A program made the translations under genes and the position numbers. Positions 61,156 through 64,000 of a stretch of 64,000 nucleotides of DNA are shown here, one piece after another. The notes below the pieces were generated by a model. That model was not told the DNA's origin, made no database searches, and worked only from the letters and a program-made list of their open reading frames with translations. Each line of letters starts with the position of its first letter. Position 1 is the stretch's first letter. This stretch comes from Zygnema circumcarinatum SAG 698-1b (lineage: Eukaryota; Plantae; Zygnematophyceae): NCBI GenBank assembly GCA_037447605.1, contig CM074820.1, forward strand, positions 2,108,001-2,172,000, written 5' to 3'.

Positions 61156-61530
61156 GCCACGTGGCGAAGTGTCAGCGTGCCACGTGGTAAGGGCTCGCCG
61201 CCCGCCATTGGACCCGCTCTCTCTGTTTTGCCCGTGCGCAGTGCCAATCAGAGCGCGAGGCGGAGCCGGGCCAATCCGGGGATGCCGTCACTCGTGCCTG
61301 CTGCCCAGTCAGAGGCCAGGTTGCCGGCGTGTGCCAGCCGGCGACAGAACTTGGGTGACGGCCGGTAGCATCCGCCCTACTGTACTGTATTTCCCACCGC
61401 GGCCGACGTTCGTACGCCTGCCGGCCGGTTGACGGCCGTCAAATATTTCCCAGTCTTTCGGGTGCCCCACCACCTGGCACATGGTACTGCACCACGTGGC
61501 ACTATTTGATTCCTTTCGTACGGACCGTAC
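61156..61530. promoter_or_regulatory. Putative bidirectional promoter (RPN5 / P4-ATPase)
   Basis: GC-rich, between divergent genes. G-boxes at 61156-61165, 61179-61187 and 61491-61500; GCCAATC twice; CGTACG twice; perfect palindrome TTGACGGCCGTCAA at 61429-61442. Confidence 0.5.
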
Positions 61531-62094
61531 CTCGTCGGAAAGGTCGCTCGGTGTCGCAGAGACTCCTGCAGCGAAAGGAAGTTGCCGTCGCAGGGCTCGC
61601 TGTGACCGTCGATGTTCATCGCACAGATCGATTGGGTCGCACAATGTGAGAGGTGTCGCATGTGCTGGATTGGCGGTTCCCACGTGTGGCGGCCCCCGCC
61701 CTCTTCTCTTGCAGGAAAGGTGGCGCCTTCCAGTCCTTCGGTGAGCTGTGGTTGCCATGAGCCATGGCTGCTTGTGCGCGCCATGGTACATCACTCGACC
61801 CCATGCCTCCATGGATGATGAGGCAGGAAAGGCCATGCATATGAATGCGACAGCATATGGAGAGCTTTTGCATATTGGAATCCATAGTTCTTTGCAGATG
61901 CTCCAGCATCAAGCAGGTTCCTGGCAGAAGATCCTGAACAAGTGAATCCACCCAAGCATCTTTCTCGACAAAATTATGATCCAAAAATCTGCTATACAAG
62001 CATCATTATCCTTGTTTCCATTTAATCCGTTTTGTCCGCGCTGAGAGACTCCGGAAATCCTAAGAATTTCCAAGCCCTAGAAGCCCGTGTCAGT

Positions 62095-64000
62095 ATGCCA
62101 GAGGGGACGCAGAGCATTGAACCCCCTCTCTTCATCTCTTTGGAGGACGTCCCGCTGGATGACGACAATGACGCAGGCGGTGGACAGCTGTCGCACAGAG
62201 AGAAGGGGGAGGGGAGGGGGAGGGAGGAGGGGCTTCGGCGGAGCAGCGGTCGGAGCGACAGCCACGTAGAGCCTCTGAGGTGTGGGGAGGGCTGGCTGAG
62301 GGAAGGGGATTTCTTCCATTGGCTGCTGTACCGCGCGCCATGGTCGCGCAGGAGAGAGAGTGGGAGAGGGAGTGGGCGGAGCGGGAGAAGCAGTGGAAGA
62401 GGGATTGATAGGGGCAGTGAGAGAAGGATAGGTGGCGAGAGCGGGAGAGAGAGCGAGAGCCGGAGAGAAGAGAGCGAGAGTGAGCAGGAGGAGGGTCCGC
62501 AAAGAGTGGTCGTGGTGGGTGAGCCGGAGAGGACTTTGCAGATAGAGGGTGGGAGGGACTTGGCCGACAACGTGGTGAAGTCGAGCAAGTATACAATTCT
62601 TACTTTCCTTCCTCGCAATTTATTCGAACAATTTCATCGGATTGCGTACGTTTATTTTCTTTTAATCGCTATCTTGAATCAAATTCCAGTTTTGGCGGTA
62701 TTTGGACGAACGGCTTCTTTGTTTCCTCTCTTGGCAGTGCTCATTGTGACCGCCATTAAGGATGCATACGAAGATTTTAGTCGGCATCGAGCAGATAAGG
62801 AGGAGAACAATCGCGAAAGTTTCGTTCTTAAAGAACGACGGTTTGTCAGGGCTAAATGGAGACACATCAGAGTAGGAGACATTGTGAAGGTGCACGGTGG
62901 GGAGGGGGTCCCTGCTGATTTAGTTCTGTTGGGCTGTAGTGATGACGGGGGACGAGCCTTCATAGAAACGATGAACTTAGACGGAGAGACTTCGCTTAAG
63001 TCTCGAAATGCGCTGTCTCAGACAATGCGTTTAGATGTGGAGGAAACAGGCATTGAAGGGACTCTTATGTGCGAACAACCAAATCGAAATATTTATGAGT
63101 TTACGGGAGTCGTTTTGCTGAGTGGAGCGCGAATCCCTGTGGGCCCCACGAATATGATTCTTCGAGGATCCGAAATAAAAAACACGGCTTGGGTGATTGG
63201 ATGCGTTGTATATGCCGGCAGAGAAACAAAAGCTCAGTTAAACAATTCAGGAGCTCAGTCGAAGCGTAGCCGGTTGGAGAGACATATGAACAGAGAAGTT
63301 CTGATTTTGAGCGGCATTCTCGTTATCATGTGCTGCATTGGTTCTATTGGAATGGGGGTATGGATCAATAGGCATGATGTGTACCGGCTTCCGTACTTTG
63401 GAGCGGAAAATGATTACAAGGGAGCAGGGGGAGAGGCAGCTCTAAACTGGTTTAGCTGCTTGATAGTCTTCCAAATCATGGTTCCGATTTCCCTCTATAT
63501 TTCCATGGAACTTGTGCGTTTGGGACAAACCTTTTTCATGACACGTGACCTGAATATGTACCATTTAGAATCTGACTCTCCTCTCCAAGTTCGAGCTCTT
63601 AACATAAACGAAGATTTGGGGCAGATAAGCTATGTGTTTTCCGACAAGACTGGAACTTTAACTGAAAACCGGATGGAATTCAAGGCATGCACAGTAAGTG
63701 GAGTTGATTATAACAACCTTCAAGAGCATGAAAACAAAGGCGGCGAGGGGAATGCCGCTTTTCCATTTGAAGGTTCGACCGAGCTTGGGAACATGGGAGG
63801 AGGTGAGAGCAATTATTATACCGTTTATTCAAGAGCTTTTGGTGATTACGCACTGTTCATGTTAATGTTAACTTTAATGTTGAGCTTCGGCCATCGACAA
63901 GTCCCCAAAATCCCTCTCCCCCTCCCCCTCCCGCTCCTGACTTCTGCGTTCTGTTTACTGCAAAACGCTTGTCATTTGTTTTGCGTTTGCTTTTTTTCTT
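62095..64000 (+). CDS. ALA1: P4-type phospholipid-transporting ATPase (ALA1-like), 5' part only
   Basis: Open frame from ATG 62095, absent from the ORF track probably because it has no stop before the window end. Motifs: SKYTILTFLPRNLFEQFHRIAYVYFL, TAIKDAYED, ETMNLDGETSLK, LRGSEIKNT, VPISLYISMELVR, ALNINEDLGQISYVFSDKTGTLTENRMEF. Probable donor at 63803. Upstream exons not excluded. Confidence 0.95.
   Translation, partial: MPEGTQSIEPPLFISLEDVPLDDDNDAGGGQLSHREKGEGRGREEGLRRSSGRSDSHVEPLRCGEGWLREGDFFHWLLYRAPWSRRRESGRGSGRSGRSSGRGIDRGSERRIGGESGRESESRREESESEQEEGPQRVVVVGEPERTLQIEGGRDLADNVVKSSKYTILTFLPRNLFEQFHRIAYVYFLLIAILNQIPVLAVFGRTASLFPLLAVLIVTAIKDAYEDFSRHRADKEENNRESFVLKERRFVRAKWRHIRVGDIVKVHGGEGVPADLVLLGCSDDGGRAFIETMNLDGETSLKSRNALSQTMRLDVEETGIEGTLMCEQPNRNIYEFTGVVLLSGARIPVGPTNMILRGSEIKNTAWVIGCVVYAGRETKAQLNNSGAQSKRSRLERHMNREVLILSGILVIMCCIGSIGMGVWINRHDVYRLPYFGAENDYKGAGGEAALNWFSCLIVFQIMVPISLYISMELVRLGQTFFMTRDLNMYHLESDSPLQVRALNINEDLGQISYVFSDKTGTLTENRMEFKACTVSGVDYNNLQEHENKGGEGNAAFPFEGSTELGNMGGGESNYYTVYSRAFGDYALFMLMLTLMLSFGHRQVPKIPLPLPLPLLTSAFCLLQNACHLFCVCFFS

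Overview
Eukaryotic, intron-rich, gene-dense nuclear DNA from a green plant lineage, most likely a conjugating green alga (Zygnematophyceae). This is inferred from an intron-containing neochrome, plant-type housekeeping genes and GT-AG introns; the genus cannot be fixed from sequence alone. About 12 spliced genes, in order: FUT8/GT23-like fucosyltransferase (+), SFT2 (-), GT92 galactosyltransferase (-), TruA pseudouridine synthase (-), F-box/LRR protein with a COI1/TIR1-like N-terminus (+, 5' part duplicated across a scaffold gap), a second fucosyltransferase-fold protein (-), MED32 (-), M14 carboxypeptidase (+), PuuD-like class I glutamine amidotransferase (+), neochrome (+), RPN5 (-) and the start of an ALA1-like P4-ATPase (+). 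The standout is the ~27-exon neochrome (phytochrome PAS-GAF-PHY fused to LOV1-LOV2-Jalpha-phototropin kinase). After manual splicing it keeps the bilin Cys and all kinase motifs, but both LOV domains have lost their flavin-binding residues. Non-coding DNA holds a hAT-type MITE family (one copy with a perfect 8-bp TSD), a TA-flanked MITE, CATG-rich arrays, TTAGGG-like tracts, G-box clusters, and a ~40-bp triple-GTAC module shared between two upstream regions. Exon boundaries were read by eye and gene identities come from remembered motifs, not database searches. Four 10-N gaps are present (17551, 17939, 20447, 49221).
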